From Acaryochloris marina S15 (GTDB taxonomy: Bacteria > Cyanobacteriota > Cyanobacteriia > Thermosynechococcales > Thermosynechococcaceae): a stretch of 32,000 nt of DNA. The notes beneath the pieces were generated by a model. The model saw nothing but the letters and a program-made list of their open reading frames with translations. It was not told where the DNA came from and made no database searches. The stretch spans positions 630,001-662,000 of the forward strand of contig NZ_CP064923.1 of NCBI RefSeq assembly GCF_018336915.1, given 5' to 3'. This document shows, in pieces, positions 16,771-25,581 of the stretch. Numbering within the stretch: the stretch's first letter is position 1; the number at the start of each line of letters is the position of its first letter. The position numbers were made by a program, and so were the translations under genes.

Positions 16771-18726
16771 TTAAATATTGGTACTTTGTGGAATCTTGGA
16801 CGGGAGCAAGATGTCGTAATAGGTGGGTCGGGTTGCGTTACGGTCTTGAATGATCAATTCGATCTCTTCTAACCTTTGTTGGAAACCTAGTAGAGGCTGT
16901 TTAACATGGGGGTCGTTAAAGTAAGTATGTTCGTTAATATCATCTAGATCCACATCATTGGCCTTGTAGTAACCCAGCTGAGTATAGTAGACCGAACCCA
17001 AGGTATAACCTAGATCCAACTGTTGTTCCGCCAAGCTGAGGGGAGGTAGTAGGGAGAAATAGTCCGCTTCACTGGCTGTCTTTGCATTTGGAGCTTCACT
17101 GAAACCTGCGAGAGGCATATTGGGGACAAACGTCATTAACGACGCTTGGGGGAAATTCACAGATGCATGTTGGGCACTACAGGTGAAAATAATGAGTGTT
17201 GTCGCATTAATGAGGTAATCCAAGGTGCGAATCTTAGGCTCGGGTTCTTCCGGTGTCGCTTCACCAATTTCGGTCATCTGACCCCCATCTTCAGCTCTAA
17301 GCTCTTTCAACCAAGCTTGCAATGTTTCATCGTTGAGGACTGCAGCATCATCTTTGTAGAAGATTTGCAGATAGGCCTCAACCCAGTCATGAATTGCATG
17401 CCAAAGGAGCAATGCATCGTCACGATAAGGGTAGTCAGGTAGCTTTTGCAGATCATCCACGCCTCGGGATGCAAAGGTTTGGGGCAGCATGGAGTCATTA
17501 AAAGAGAAGGGATAGCCCTTGGCCCCTTTGACACTAAGCTGCACGGAGGACAGTATTGTTCCGAACAAGAGTTTATCTACGGTGCCATCAGGTGCAATTA
17601 AGCTACTCGCTGCGGCATTGTTGATAAATAAGGTGCCCTCAAAGTGAGGGAGGAGCAGTTTACCCAGGGGATGTTCTGTTCCTAAGCGTCGATAAGTACC
17701 TAAAGCAATCGGCTCAATCCAGAGATGGGTGCGCCCTAAATGAGAAATCAGTTCATGATAATTACCATCAGCGATTTGAACCACTGTCTTGGCCATACGC
17801 CAAGCTAGCCGCTCCTCTTCACCAGCCTCAAGGCTTGGCGGTGTAAAGATAGGGCTGTCTGCATCTTGGTGGCATTGGATAGCAATCGGTGTGAGGAGAC
17901 GACCTGGACAATGACCTGATCCAATCGCAAATAATGCTAAAGGTGCATAGCTATACTTCTGAAGTGTTTCTTGACGACCTTTTATCTTGGTATTCACGGT
18001 ACCAGGAACGATTTCTTCTAGGATCTGGTAGTCCGCTAGATAGACGCGTCCATCATTTAGGGCTGTCTGGAGAGACTCGCCCTCTCCCATGACAGTCTGG
18101 AATTGTTGTTCTGTGACTTTGAAATGGTCTGGGAGTTCGGAAATGCGGTTAATCACAAGGGGATTGGCTCCGGCAACCCGTTGAGCAGCAAATGCCCGAT
18201 CTTCCAGAAAATGATTACTAATATCTGGTAGGTAAATGATCTGAAAGAGATCACGATAGTTTGCTAAGGAAGGTTTCTCTCCTGCATCCCTGAGTTCAGC
18301 TTTTTCTTGAATATCCTTGGCTATGGATGAAATCCGGGCTGAGACCTTATCAGGATTTTGCTTATCTTTAACATCATGCCTGATGTTTTGAGATTGGGAT
18401 TGGTTGCCAAAAATATTGGAGAGACCTCTGACAAGATCACTCACAGCATTAAAGAGTCGCTCCAGCCATGATTGATTGAGGGGATTCTCGAGAATTCTAG
18501 ACAAGCGCAGAAAAGTAATCAGACGACAGGCAGACCCTTTGCGGACGGCTATATCCTGCATTGCCTGATTGGCAATAATTCTGAGTACAACGGAAACGAT
18601 ATCTCTGGTCCAAGGCCACTTTGTCAACGACTGATCTGCTGGAAAAACTTCCTTAGCCATTGGATATTTCAGTTCAGAGGAAACATCTTTAAGGGCATCG
18701 TATCGATATTCATATTCTTGCGTCAT
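16771..18726 (-). CDS. lipoxygenase (iron-dependent, no PLAT domain)
   Basis: WRMAKTVVQIADGNYHELISHLGRTHLWIEP (HxxxxH iron ligands), SAQHASVNFPQ (HxxxN) and C-terminal ...IPQSTNI with a terminal Ile. I prefer ATG 18726 (GGGAG 5 nt upstream) over the track's 18792. Confidence 0.92.
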   Translation of the reverse strand: MTQEYEYRYDALKDVSSELKYPMAKEVFPADQSLTKWPWTRDIVSVVLRIIANQAMQDIAVRKGSACRLITFLRLSRILENPLNQSWLERLFNAVSDLVRGLSNIFGNQSQSQNIRHDVKDKQNPDKVSARISSIAKDIQEKAELRDAGEKPSLANYRDLFQIIYLPDISNHFLEDRAFAAQRVAGANPLVINRISELPDHFKVTEQQFQTVMGEGESLQTALNDGRVYLADYQILEEIVPGTVNTKIKGRQETLQKYSYAPLALFAIGSGHCPGRLLTPIAIQCHQDADSPIFTPPSLEAGEEERLAWRMAKTVVQIADGNYHELISHLGRTHLWIEPIALGTYRRLGTEHPLGKLLLPHFEGTLFINNAAASSLIAPDGTVDKLLFGTILSSVQLSVKGAKGYPFSFNDSMLPQTFASRGVDDLQKLPDYPYRDDALLLWHAIHDWVEAYLQIFYKDDAAVLNDETLQAWLKELRAEDGGQMTEIGEATPEEPEPKIRTLDYLINATTLIIFTCSAQHASVNFPQASLMTFVPNMPLAGFSEAPNAKTASEADYFSLLPPLSLAEQQLDLGYTLGSVYYTQLGYYKANDVDLDDINEHTYFNDPHVKQPLLGFQQRLEEIELIIQDRNATRPTYYDILLPSKIPQSTNI

Positions 18727-18816
18727 AGTAGCTCCCAATTGAGGATCGATTTCAATAGAACTTAAGTGATGTTCTGAGGCTATTAGAATCATCAGATATA
18801 GCGCAGGATTTTATGC

Positions 18817-18862
18817 GAATTGCAAAGACTTGTGTTCTATGAGTCACTAGTCTTTGCAATTC
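18817..18862. promoter_or_regulatory. perfect 14-bp inverted repeat upstream of the lipoxygenase gene
   Basis: GAATTGCAAAGACT (18817-18830) and AGTCTTTGCAATTC (18849-18862) with an 18-nt spacer, about 90 nt upstream of the preferred LOX start. It could be an operator or a 5'-leader hairpin. Confidence 0.45.
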
Positions 18863-19175
18863 CTGAAAGCTTCTTCGGGAGAAGATTAGATTTAGATAGT
18901 TAATGCTTTCTGATTGGTAAATCTTGATATTCATTTACATCTATTAGCGCTTCAGAAAGATGATCTGAAATTAGAAAGGTTACTCCTTGAATCCTTCAAT
19001 TATTGTTGTTATCAGAAGAAAAAAGAAATGGGGTTTCATACAGATGCTGTGCTATTGCTTTGATGGTGATCCATTCCCTTCTATGCAGAAGAGGAGAACA
19101 CCATCGAGTTTGCTATATGCCATTACAATTGGGAGCTGTAGCTTGCAATAATTTTGACGTACGGTAGCAATCAAT

Positions 19176-20567
19176 ATGGTTCAACTGACACCTAACTCTA
19201 GCTTTAGCCTGACCATTCGCTTGAAGTTACCTAATCAGACGGGGATGCTGGCCCAGGTATTACAAGCCATTGGGTCTGCTGGGGGAAGTCTGGGACATAT
19301 TGACCTTTTGGAACGCACTCATACCTCGCTGACTCGCGAAATTACTGTCAATGCCTCCAGTACGGAACATGCGGATACTATTGTGGATGCTTTAAAAGCA
19401 CTGCCGCACATTACCTTGCTGGATGTTTCTGATCGCACCTTTGATTGCCACCGGGGCGGAAAAATCACCGTTCAAAGTAAGCTCCCTCTTCATAGCCAGG
19501 ATGATTTATCCATGGCCTATACACCTGGCGTAGGTCGGATTTGCACGGCCATTGCCCAAGAGAAAGATCAGGTGTATCGCTATACCATCAAAAGCAATAC
19601 CGTGGCTGTCGTTACCGATGGTAGTGCAGTGTTGGGATTAGGAAATATTGGCCCCGAAGCCGCTTTACCCGTAATGGAAGGGAAGGCTCTGCTGTTTCAG
19701 GAATTTGGCAAGATTAATGCCTTTCCTGTGTGTCTAGCTACTCAGGATGTGGATGAGATTGTGGAGACGGTGAAGCGAATGGCCCCGGTCTTTGGTGGGG
19801 TCAACCTAGAAGATATTAGTGCACCTCGTTGCTTTGAAGTGGAAGAACGGCTGCGCCGAGAACTAGATATTCCGGTCTTTCATGACGATCAGCATGGAAC
19901 TGCGATTGTGGTGTTGGCAGCGCTCATCAATGCTCTGAAGTTAGTGGATAAAACCTTTGAGGATATTTCCATTGTCATCAATGGAGCTGGAGCTGCAGGT
20001 GTGGCCATTGCTAAGTTATTGCAAAAAGCAGGTGTGAAAACGATTCGACTGTGCGATCGCAACGGCATTATCAGTCAAGATCGCACGGACCTAAATGAGA
20101 CTAAGAAGTCTTTTGCGGTAGAACAGCCAGGAACCTTAGCCGATGCCCTCAAAGGGGCGGATGTGTTTCTTGGGGTGAGTGCGCCAGGTGTTCTAACGCC
20201 AGAAATGGTCAAAACGATGGCTTCAGATCGAATTGTGTTTGCGATGGCTAACCCCATTCCTGAAATTCAACCTGAGTTAATCCAAGGTGATGTCGCTGTG
20301 ATTGCTACGGGACGCAGTGATTATCCGAATCAAATTAATAACGTATTGGCGTTTCCCGGTATTTTTCGAGGTGCCCTGAACTGCCGCGCTGCCGCTATTA
20401 CAACGACAATGCACCTACAAGCCGCCTATGCGATCGCAGCTTTAGTGGGAAGTGATGAACTCCACCACGATCATATTATTCCGTCTGTGTTTGATGAGCG
20501 CGTAGCGACAGCGGTTGCTTCGGCAGTGGAGCAAGCAGCTCGCCAAGAAGGGATCAGTCATTGCTAA
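19176..20567 (+). CDS. NAD(P)-dependent malic enzyme with N-terminal ACT domain
   Basis: AYTPGVGRIC, VVTDGSAVLGLGNIGPEAALPVMEGKALLF, NLEDISAPRCFE and VINGAGAAGVAIAKLL are canonical malic-enzyme motifs. An ACT-like region of about 75 aa lies at the N terminus. Confidence 0.93.
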   Translation: MVQLTPNSSFSLTIRLKLPNQTGMLAQVLQAIGSAGGSLGHIDLLERTHTSLTREITVNASSTEHADTIVDALKALPHITLLDVSDRTFDCHRGGKITVQSKLPLHSQDDLSMAYTPGVGRICTAIAQEKDQVYRYTIKSNTVAVVTDGSAVLGLGNIGPEAALPVMEGKALLFQEFGKINAFPVCLATQDVDEIVETVKRMAPVFGGVNLEDISAPRCFEVEERLRRELDIPVFHDDQHGTAIVVLAALINALKLVDKTFEDISIVINGAGAAGVAIAKLLQKAGVKTIRLCDRNGIISQDRTDLNETKKSFAVEQPGTLADALKGADVFLGVSAPGVLTPEMVKTMASDRIVFAMANPIPEIQPELIQGDVAVIATGRSDYPNQINNVLAFPGIFRGALNCRAAAITTTMHLQAAYAIAALVGSDELHHDHIIPSVFDERVATAVASAVEQAARQEGISHC

Positions 20568-20617
20568 GTTTGCAATACCTCAATGGGGTTAGATCCTTTA
20601 ATGGAGAGGAAAAGCTG

Positions 20618-20902
20618 CTATAAAGTTGGTTTATAACTGCCATCTTCAGTTTGGCTGACTTGGCCTTGGGTAATCAAGTTGTCGATGATGGAGTCGCAGC
20701 GATCGCACAACCAGGGATGTACTTCAGACTGATCGACATAAGTGGAGTAATTCCAGCAGCGATCGCATTTCTCACCCTTTACCTTAACCACTCTCACGCC
20801 CAGGGTTTCAGGCTGAGATTGATACTTTGACGCACCTAAACTTTGAGGTGTATCCAGAAGTTTTACCTACGATGCCAAAAATAGGTATCGTAACTCCTCG
20901 AC
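20618..20902 (-). pseudogene. decayed duplicate of the ileS 3' end (C-terminal zinc-ribbon region)
   Basis: Reads VEELRYLFLAS*VKLLDTPQSLG..KYQ.Q.ETLGV.VVK..GEKCDRCWNYSTYV.QSE.H..LC.RCDSII.NL.TQGQVSQTEDGSY.P..*, collinear with ileS residues VDELRYLFLASQVELL...QPIAQ* (22221-22508). There is an in-frame TAG at 20867-20869 and no start codon. Similarity stops abruptly near 20902. Confidence 0.85.
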
Positions 20903-20928
20903 ATAAAAGGTATCTGCAAAATTTGACT

Positions 20929-21096
20929 CTATATTGGATGGGAGGTTTTCTTTGGCGTGCCATAGATGTAGTGGTCATGTTCAGCAGCACCATCGGTAGG
21001 CAATGTATCAAGCACTTGTGGAGGGATATCTGAAACCAAGTCTTCGATAAATGTTGCAAAGGATTGTATTTGCTCCTGATGTAAGTGATGTTTCAT
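20929..21096 (-). CDS. small ORF (55 aa), possible antitoxin-like protein
   Basis: Below the ORF-track cutoff. ATG 21096 to TAG 20929 encodes MKHHLHQEQIQSFATFIEDLVSDIPPQVLDTLPTDGAAEHDHYIYGTPKKTSHPI. I recall the C-terminal DGxxxHDxY(I/L)YGxPK motif from small cyanobacterial antitoxin-like proteins, but have not verified this. Confidence 0.4.
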   Translation of the reverse strand: MKHHLHQEQIQSFATFIEDLVSDIPPQVLDTLPTDGAAEHDHYIYGTPKKTSHPI

Positions 21097-21209
21097 CGCC
21101 TAAGCCTAAGATAAAATGTTGATACTTGTTTGAACTACAAAATAACAGCATGGCATCAGCTACCGCGAAACAGCCTACAAAATTAATGTGATGAAGAGCG
21201 ACGCTTTCT

Positions 21210-21650
21210 ATGCAAACTACTACACTCTATGATCAAGATTTTTACGCTTGGACCCAACACCAAATAGAACTACTGCAAGCTCAGCAGTGGGAGCAAGTGG
21301 ATATTCAAAATCTGATTGAGGAGATTGCATCTTTGGGGAAGCGAGAACGGCAGGAGTTGCGCAATCGATTGGGAGTTTTGTTAGGGCATTTGCTTAAGTG
21401 GCATTATCAACCCGAGGCCCGTTCGAAGAGTTGGTTTTACACGATTAAAGAGCAGCGCCAGGAGATTGAGCGCCACCTACAAGAGAATCCTAGTTTGAAG
21501 CCTTATCTGAGTGAGGCTATTGAGATTGGGTATGAAAAGGGTCTAAACCTTGTGGGTAAAGAAACTCCCCTCGATCCCAAGCAACTTCCTCAAGTCTGCC
21601 CTTTCTCGGAGGTAGAAATATTTGAAGAGTTAATGGATTGGCAAGCGTAA
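21210..21650 (+). CDS. DUF29 family protein
   Basis: LYDQDFYAWTQHQIELLQAQQWEQVDIQNLIEEIASLGKRERQELRNRLGVLLGHLLKWHYQP is the hallmark N-terminal half of the cyanobacterial DUF29 family. Confidence 0.85.
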   Translation: MQTTTLYDQDFYAWTQHQIELLQAQQWEQVDIQNLIEEIASLGKRERQELRNRLGVLLGHLLKWHYQPEARSKSWFYTIKEQRQEIERHLQENPSLKPYLSEAIEIGYEKGLNLVGKETPLDPKQLPQVCPFSEVEIFEELMDWQA

Positions 21651-21838
21651 ACTGACGTCATACTTTGGACAATATTTCATGAAATGTGCCAAAGATTTCG
21701 TCGCAATTATTTTGTGCCATTTTTGATCCACTGAATGTGGGCTAAGGTCTCCCTGGCTTGGAGAACAGAATTGACTTTCTGAATTGATTCCAATATGGGT
21801 TGGAGGATGCTCTTCTCAACAAGACTAAAGGTTAACCA

Positions 21839-22033
21839 ATGACTTCATCTGAAATCCGAACTAAACAGGATTGTCTAAAGGCCATGCAGATGGTGCAAGA
21901 GTTTATCGCTATGGATGAAGAAACTCTCAAAACGTCCCACCCTAGTCTGCGTAGAGTGTTAGAACAAAATAACTTAGACCGCAAAAACGATCTCGAATTG
22001 CTGAAACAACGCTACTCAACCCTCCCAGATTAA
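21839..22033 (+). CDS. hypothetical protein (64 aa)
   Basis: ATG ORF with a weak AAAGG upstream. I recognise no family. Confidence 0.35.
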   Translation: MTSSEIRTKQDCLKAMQMVQEFIAMDEETLKTSHPSLRRVLEQNNLDRKNDLELLKQRYSTLPD

Positions 22034-22220
22034 TATCTGATGATCTTTGAGGAGGGATTTTAGCGGCAGATGCTCAGAGGGCAAGGTTGCCCTGGAGCTA
22101 CAACAGTTTTTTATAAAAAATGACTGTCTGGCACAGAGTGTGATTTGAGAGTCAATTATATTAGTAACTTCCTTTCAAGATTTTATACCAACTGTTGTCT
22201 TTGAAGTCTTCGAGTCCTTG

Positions 22221-25136
22221 CTACTGTGCAATAGGTTGGTAGCTGCCATCCTCAGTTTGACTGACTTGGCCTTGGGTGACTAAGTTTTCGATGATTGAGT
22301 CACAGCGTTCGCACAACGATGCATGTTTTTCAGACTGACCTACATAAGTCGAGTAATTCCAACAGCGATCGCATTTCTCGCCATCTGCCTTCACCACTCC
22401 CACACCCAGGGTTTCAGACTGAAACTGGTACTTTAACTCACCTAAACTTTTAGGTGTATCCAACAATTCTACCTGAGAAGCCAAAAATAGGTATCGTAAT
22501 TCATCCACATTATTAGAACCCTCACCAGCCGTAGGATTCATGGCTGTTAACTGCTGACGTACAGCCGTATCGCTCACATACAGCAATACCTTCGATTCCA
22601 GAGATGAACCGATCTCCTTTTCGACGCGGGCTTGTTCCATCACCTTATTCACCTCTTGGCGAATATCTCGTAAGGCCACCCATTGGCTAGCGAGATCAGG
22701 GTTTTTCCACTGCTCCTCTAGCTGCATCCATCCTGCTGCAAAAACAGAGGAGTGGGGCGTTTCATAGGGCAATGATTGCCAGATATCTTCCGCCATATGG
22801 GATAGCACCGGGGCAATGGCGCGGGCCAAGTTCTCAAGCGCAATCGCCAACACCGTCTGACAACTTCTTCGTCGCAGAGCATCAGGCTCACTGATATAGA
22901 GGCGATCCTTAGCCGTATCTAGGTAGAAGTTGGACAGATCCACCACACAGAAATTTTGCACCGTCTGGAAGAAGCGAAAAAACTGGAAGCTTTCAAAAGC
23001 GTCCGTCACTTCCGTAAACACTTCTGTGATTCGATGCAGCATATAGCGATCGAGCTGGGGCAGATCTTTATAAGCCACCGCATCTTTAGCAGGGTTAAAG
23101 TCATGGAGGTTACCCAGCAAGAATCGAGACGTATTGCGGATCTTGCGATAGACATCCGCCATTTGCTTGAGGATATTTTTGCCCAAGGGCACATCTGAAG
23201 CGTAGTCTACAGACGAGACCCATAGGCGCAATACATCAGCGCCATAGGGTGGATCTTGCTTCTGATTTTTGCCTCCAGAAATAACGATGGCCGGGTCAAC
23301 GACATTGCCGATGGATTTACTCATTTTGCGGCCCTGTTCATCGAGGACAAAGCCATGGGTCAAAACGGTTTTGTAGGGAGCATGACCGTTAGTGGCCACG
23401 CTGGTGAGAATGCTGGACTGGAACCAACCCCGATGCTGATCGGACCCTTCTAAATACATCTCGGCTGGATATTTCAACGGTTCACGCTGATCACAGACTG
23501 CCGCCCAGGACGACCCAGAATCAAACCAGACATCCATGGTGTCCGTGCCCTTGCGGTAGGTATTGCCATCGCTGCGATAGGGTTCGGGCAAGAGTTCATC
23601 GTTGTCGAGTTCCCACCAAGCATCGGAGCCCTTCTCCGCCACAATTGCTTGGATATGATTGACGGTGGCTTCATTCAGGAGAGGCTCTCCCGTGGCGTCG
23701 TTGTAAAACACGGGAATAGGCACACCCCAATTGCGCTGGCGGGAGATACACCAGTCCGATCGCTCGGAGACCATGGAGGTGATCCGGTTTTGGCCTTGGG
23801 CGGGAATCCAATTTACGGTTGCGATCGCATCTAGTACTGCCTCTCTAAACCCATCAACCGATGCAAACCACTGCTCCGTCGCTCGCAAAATTACTGGCTG
23901 TTTAGTCCGCCAATCATAAGGGTATTTATGGGCATAACTTTCTTCTTTCAGCAGGGCACCCGCTGACTGCAACGCTTCAATCACGGCTTCATTGCCGCCA
24001 TTCAAGACATTCAACCCGGCAAACGGACCCGCATCCTTGGTAAAGGTGCCATCGCCATCCACAGGCGACAACAAATCTAGGCCATATTGCTGACCAACCT
24101 GATAGTCTTCTTGTCCATGCCCTGGTGCGGTATGCACCAAACCCGTCCCCGACTCCGTCGTTACGTAATCTCCTAATACCAACGGTCCCTGGCGTTCAAA
24201 CAGGGGATGCTGGTAAGTCGAATGCTCTAAGGCTTTACCCGGTAGAGTTGTGATTACCTTAAACGAAGACTCCAAGGTCTCGGTCAACTGCTCGATCAAG
24301 TCTTCCGCCACGATCAAATAATCATCCCCAGACTTCACCACGGCATAGGTGAGATCAGGATTCAGGCTAACCGCTAAATTACCTGGAATCGTCCAAGGCG
24401 TCGTGGTCCAGATGGCCACTTTTAGCGTCGGCAAATACTTAGCTAACAGTGGCTGTGCCGTTTCCGACAAAGACTTCACATCAAAGGTGACATAGATACT
24501 GCGGGAGGTATGGCCTTCAGGATATTCCAGTTCTGCTTCTGCTAGAGCCGTTTGGGAACTAGGACTCCAGTAAACAGGCTTAAAGCCTCGATAGATATAT
24601 CCTTTAAGGGCCATCTTGCCAAAAACACCAATCTGGGCCGCTTCATACTCTGGTTTCAGAGTTAGGTAAGGGTTTTCCCAATTTCCCCAGATGCCATAAC
24701 GCTGAAAGCTCTTGCTTTGTTTCTCAACGGTCTTCAGGGCAAAGTCACGGGCCTTCCACCTTAGTTTTAACGGCGTTAGCTTGGCTCGATTCTCAGGCTG
24801 GATATTTTGCAATACCTTCAGCTCGATCGGTAACCCGTGGCAGTCCCAACCCGGTACATAACGAACTTTGCGCCCCTGCAAAAGCTGAAACTTGTTGATG
24901 GTGTCTTTGAGAATTTTGTTGAGGGCGTGACCAATATGCAAATCCCCGTTGGCATAGGGAGGTCCATCATGGAGCACAAACACCTCGCCCGGATTATTCT
25001 GGGACAGGTCTTCGTAAATATTTTGGTCTGCCCAAAACTTTTGTAGCTCAGGTTCGCGCTTTACCGCATTGGCGCGCATATCGAACTTGGTCTTGGGAAG
25101 ATTTACGGTCTTTTTATAGCGTCCGGGTTCTGTCAC
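22221..25136 (-). CDS. ileS: isoleucine--tRNA ligase
   Basis: 971 aa with HIGHALNK (HIGH) and KMSKS motifs, a CP1 editing region and a C-terminal zinc ribbon CDRCW...CERCD. GTG start at 25136. Confidence 0.97.
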   Translation of the reverse strand: MTEPGRYKKTVNLPKTKFDMRANAVKREPELQKFWADQNIYEDLSQNNPGEVFVLHDGPPYANGDLHIGHALNKILKDTINKFQLLQGRKVRYVPGWDCHGLPIELKVLQNIQPENRAKLTPLKLRWKARDFALKTVEKQSKSFQRYGIWGNWENPYLTLKPEYEAAQIGVFGKMALKGYIYRGFKPVYWSPSSQTALAEAELEYPEGHTSRSIYVTFDVKSLSETAQPLLAKYLPTLKVAIWTTTPWTIPGNLAVSLNPDLTYAVVKSGDDYLIVAEDLIEQLTETLESSFKVITTLPGKALEHSTYQHPLFERQGPLVLGDYVTTESGTGLVHTAPGHGQEDYQVGQQYGLDLLSPVDGDGTFTKDAGPFAGLNVLNGGNEAVIEALQSAGALLKEESYAHKYPYDWRTKQPVILRATEQWFASVDGFREAVLDAIATVNWIPAQGQNRITSMVSERSDWCISRQRNWGVPIPVFYNDATGEPLLNEATVNHIQAIVAEKGSDAWWELDNDELLPEPYRSDGNTYRKGTDTMDVWFDSGSSWAAVCDQREPLKYPAEMYLEGSDQHRGWFQSSILTSVATNGHAPYKTVLTHGFVLDEQGRKMSKSIGNVVDPAIVISGGKNQKQDPPYGADVLRLWVSSVDYASDVPLGKNILKQMADVYRKIRNTSRFLLGNLHDFNPAKDAVAYKDLPQLDRYMLHRITEVFTEVTDAFESFQFFRFFQTVQNFCVVDLSNFYLDTAKDRLYISEPDALRRRSCQTVLAIALENLARAIAPVLSHMAEDIWQSLPYETPHSSVFAAGWMQLEEQWKNPDLASQWVALRDIRQEVNKVMEQARVEKEIGSSLESKVLLYVSDTAVRQQLTAMNPTAGEGSNNVDELRYLFLASQVELLDTPKSLGELKYQFQSETLGVGVVKADGEKCDRCWNYSTYVGQSEKHASLCERCDSIIENLVTQGQVSQTEDGSYQPIAQ

Positions 25137-25138
25137 AA

Positions 25139-25193
25139 TTTCTAGCCAACACAGCAGAGAACATCAACAAGTCATTCAGACATTATCAACGAG
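25139..25193. repeat. ileS leader repeat, copy A
   Basis: TTTCTAGCCAACACAGCAGAGAACATCAACAAG (25139-25171) matches 26922-26954 at 32/33. The match resumes at TTATCAAC.AG after a divergent stretch of about 10 nt. Confidence 0.9.
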
Positions 25194-25332
25194 TAACCTG
25201 TATATGGGCAACGATGACCTGTATATGAGTCACGAGATCTAAACTGTGCTTCCAGCTTTCCGCCAGAAACCTGAAACCCTCAAGACACACATGTTAGATT
25301 GGTACCGAAAATGGTACCAATCAGGGAAGCTC

Positions 25333-25581
25333 ATGGATTTGTTGACCGTTCGAGAAGCCAGAGATAATTTATATCACCTGATTGATGAGATCGCTGAACA
25401 TCACAAACCCATCGTGATCTCTGGTAAACGCAACGATGCGATCTTGATTTCTAAAGAAGATTGGGATGCTATCCAGGAAACAATTTATTTAAGCAGTATT
25501 CCGGGGATGACTGACTCCATTCGGACGGCAGCCGCAGAACCTGTGGAAGAATGTATTGCCGTTGAAAATCTGGATTGGTAA
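25333..25581 (+). CDS. yefM: type II antitoxin, Phd/YefM family
   Basis: MDLLTVREARDNLYHLIDEIAEHHKPIVISGKRNDAILISKEDWDAIQETIYL is a typical YefM N-terminal domain. ATG 25333 is preceded by AGGGAAG. The stop overlaps the toxin start (TAATG). Confidence 0.85.
   Translation: MDLLTVREARDNLYHLIDEIAEHHKPIVISGKRNDAILISKEDWDAIQETIYLSSIPGMTDSIRTAAAEPVEECIAVENLDW

Noticed and set aside
18752-18934. A 60-aa minus-strand ORF upstream of the lipoxygenase gene, and the 18792 start for LOX.
   Set aside because: The region is AT-rich promoter or leader DNA. The ATG at 18726 has a GGGAG Shine-Dalgarno sequence, and the extra 22 residues look non-native.
20808-21059. An 83-aa minus-strand ORF and a 68-aa plus-strand ORF over the ileS-fragment junction.
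   Set aside because: Both are out of frame relative to the two interpretable readings, which are the ileS-like fragment and the 55-aa ORF at 20929..21096.
22075-22125. A short hairpin (AGGGCAA/TTGCCCT) and an A/T palindrome between orf64 and the ileS stop, considered as a bidirectional terminator.
   Set aside because: The stem is only 7 bp with a 2-nt loop, and the T-run is not adjacent. That is too weak to call.
22956-25046. Several 60-80-aa ORFs on both strands inside ileS.
   Set aside because: They are internal shadow ORFs of a 971-aa gene with HIGH and KMSKS motifs.
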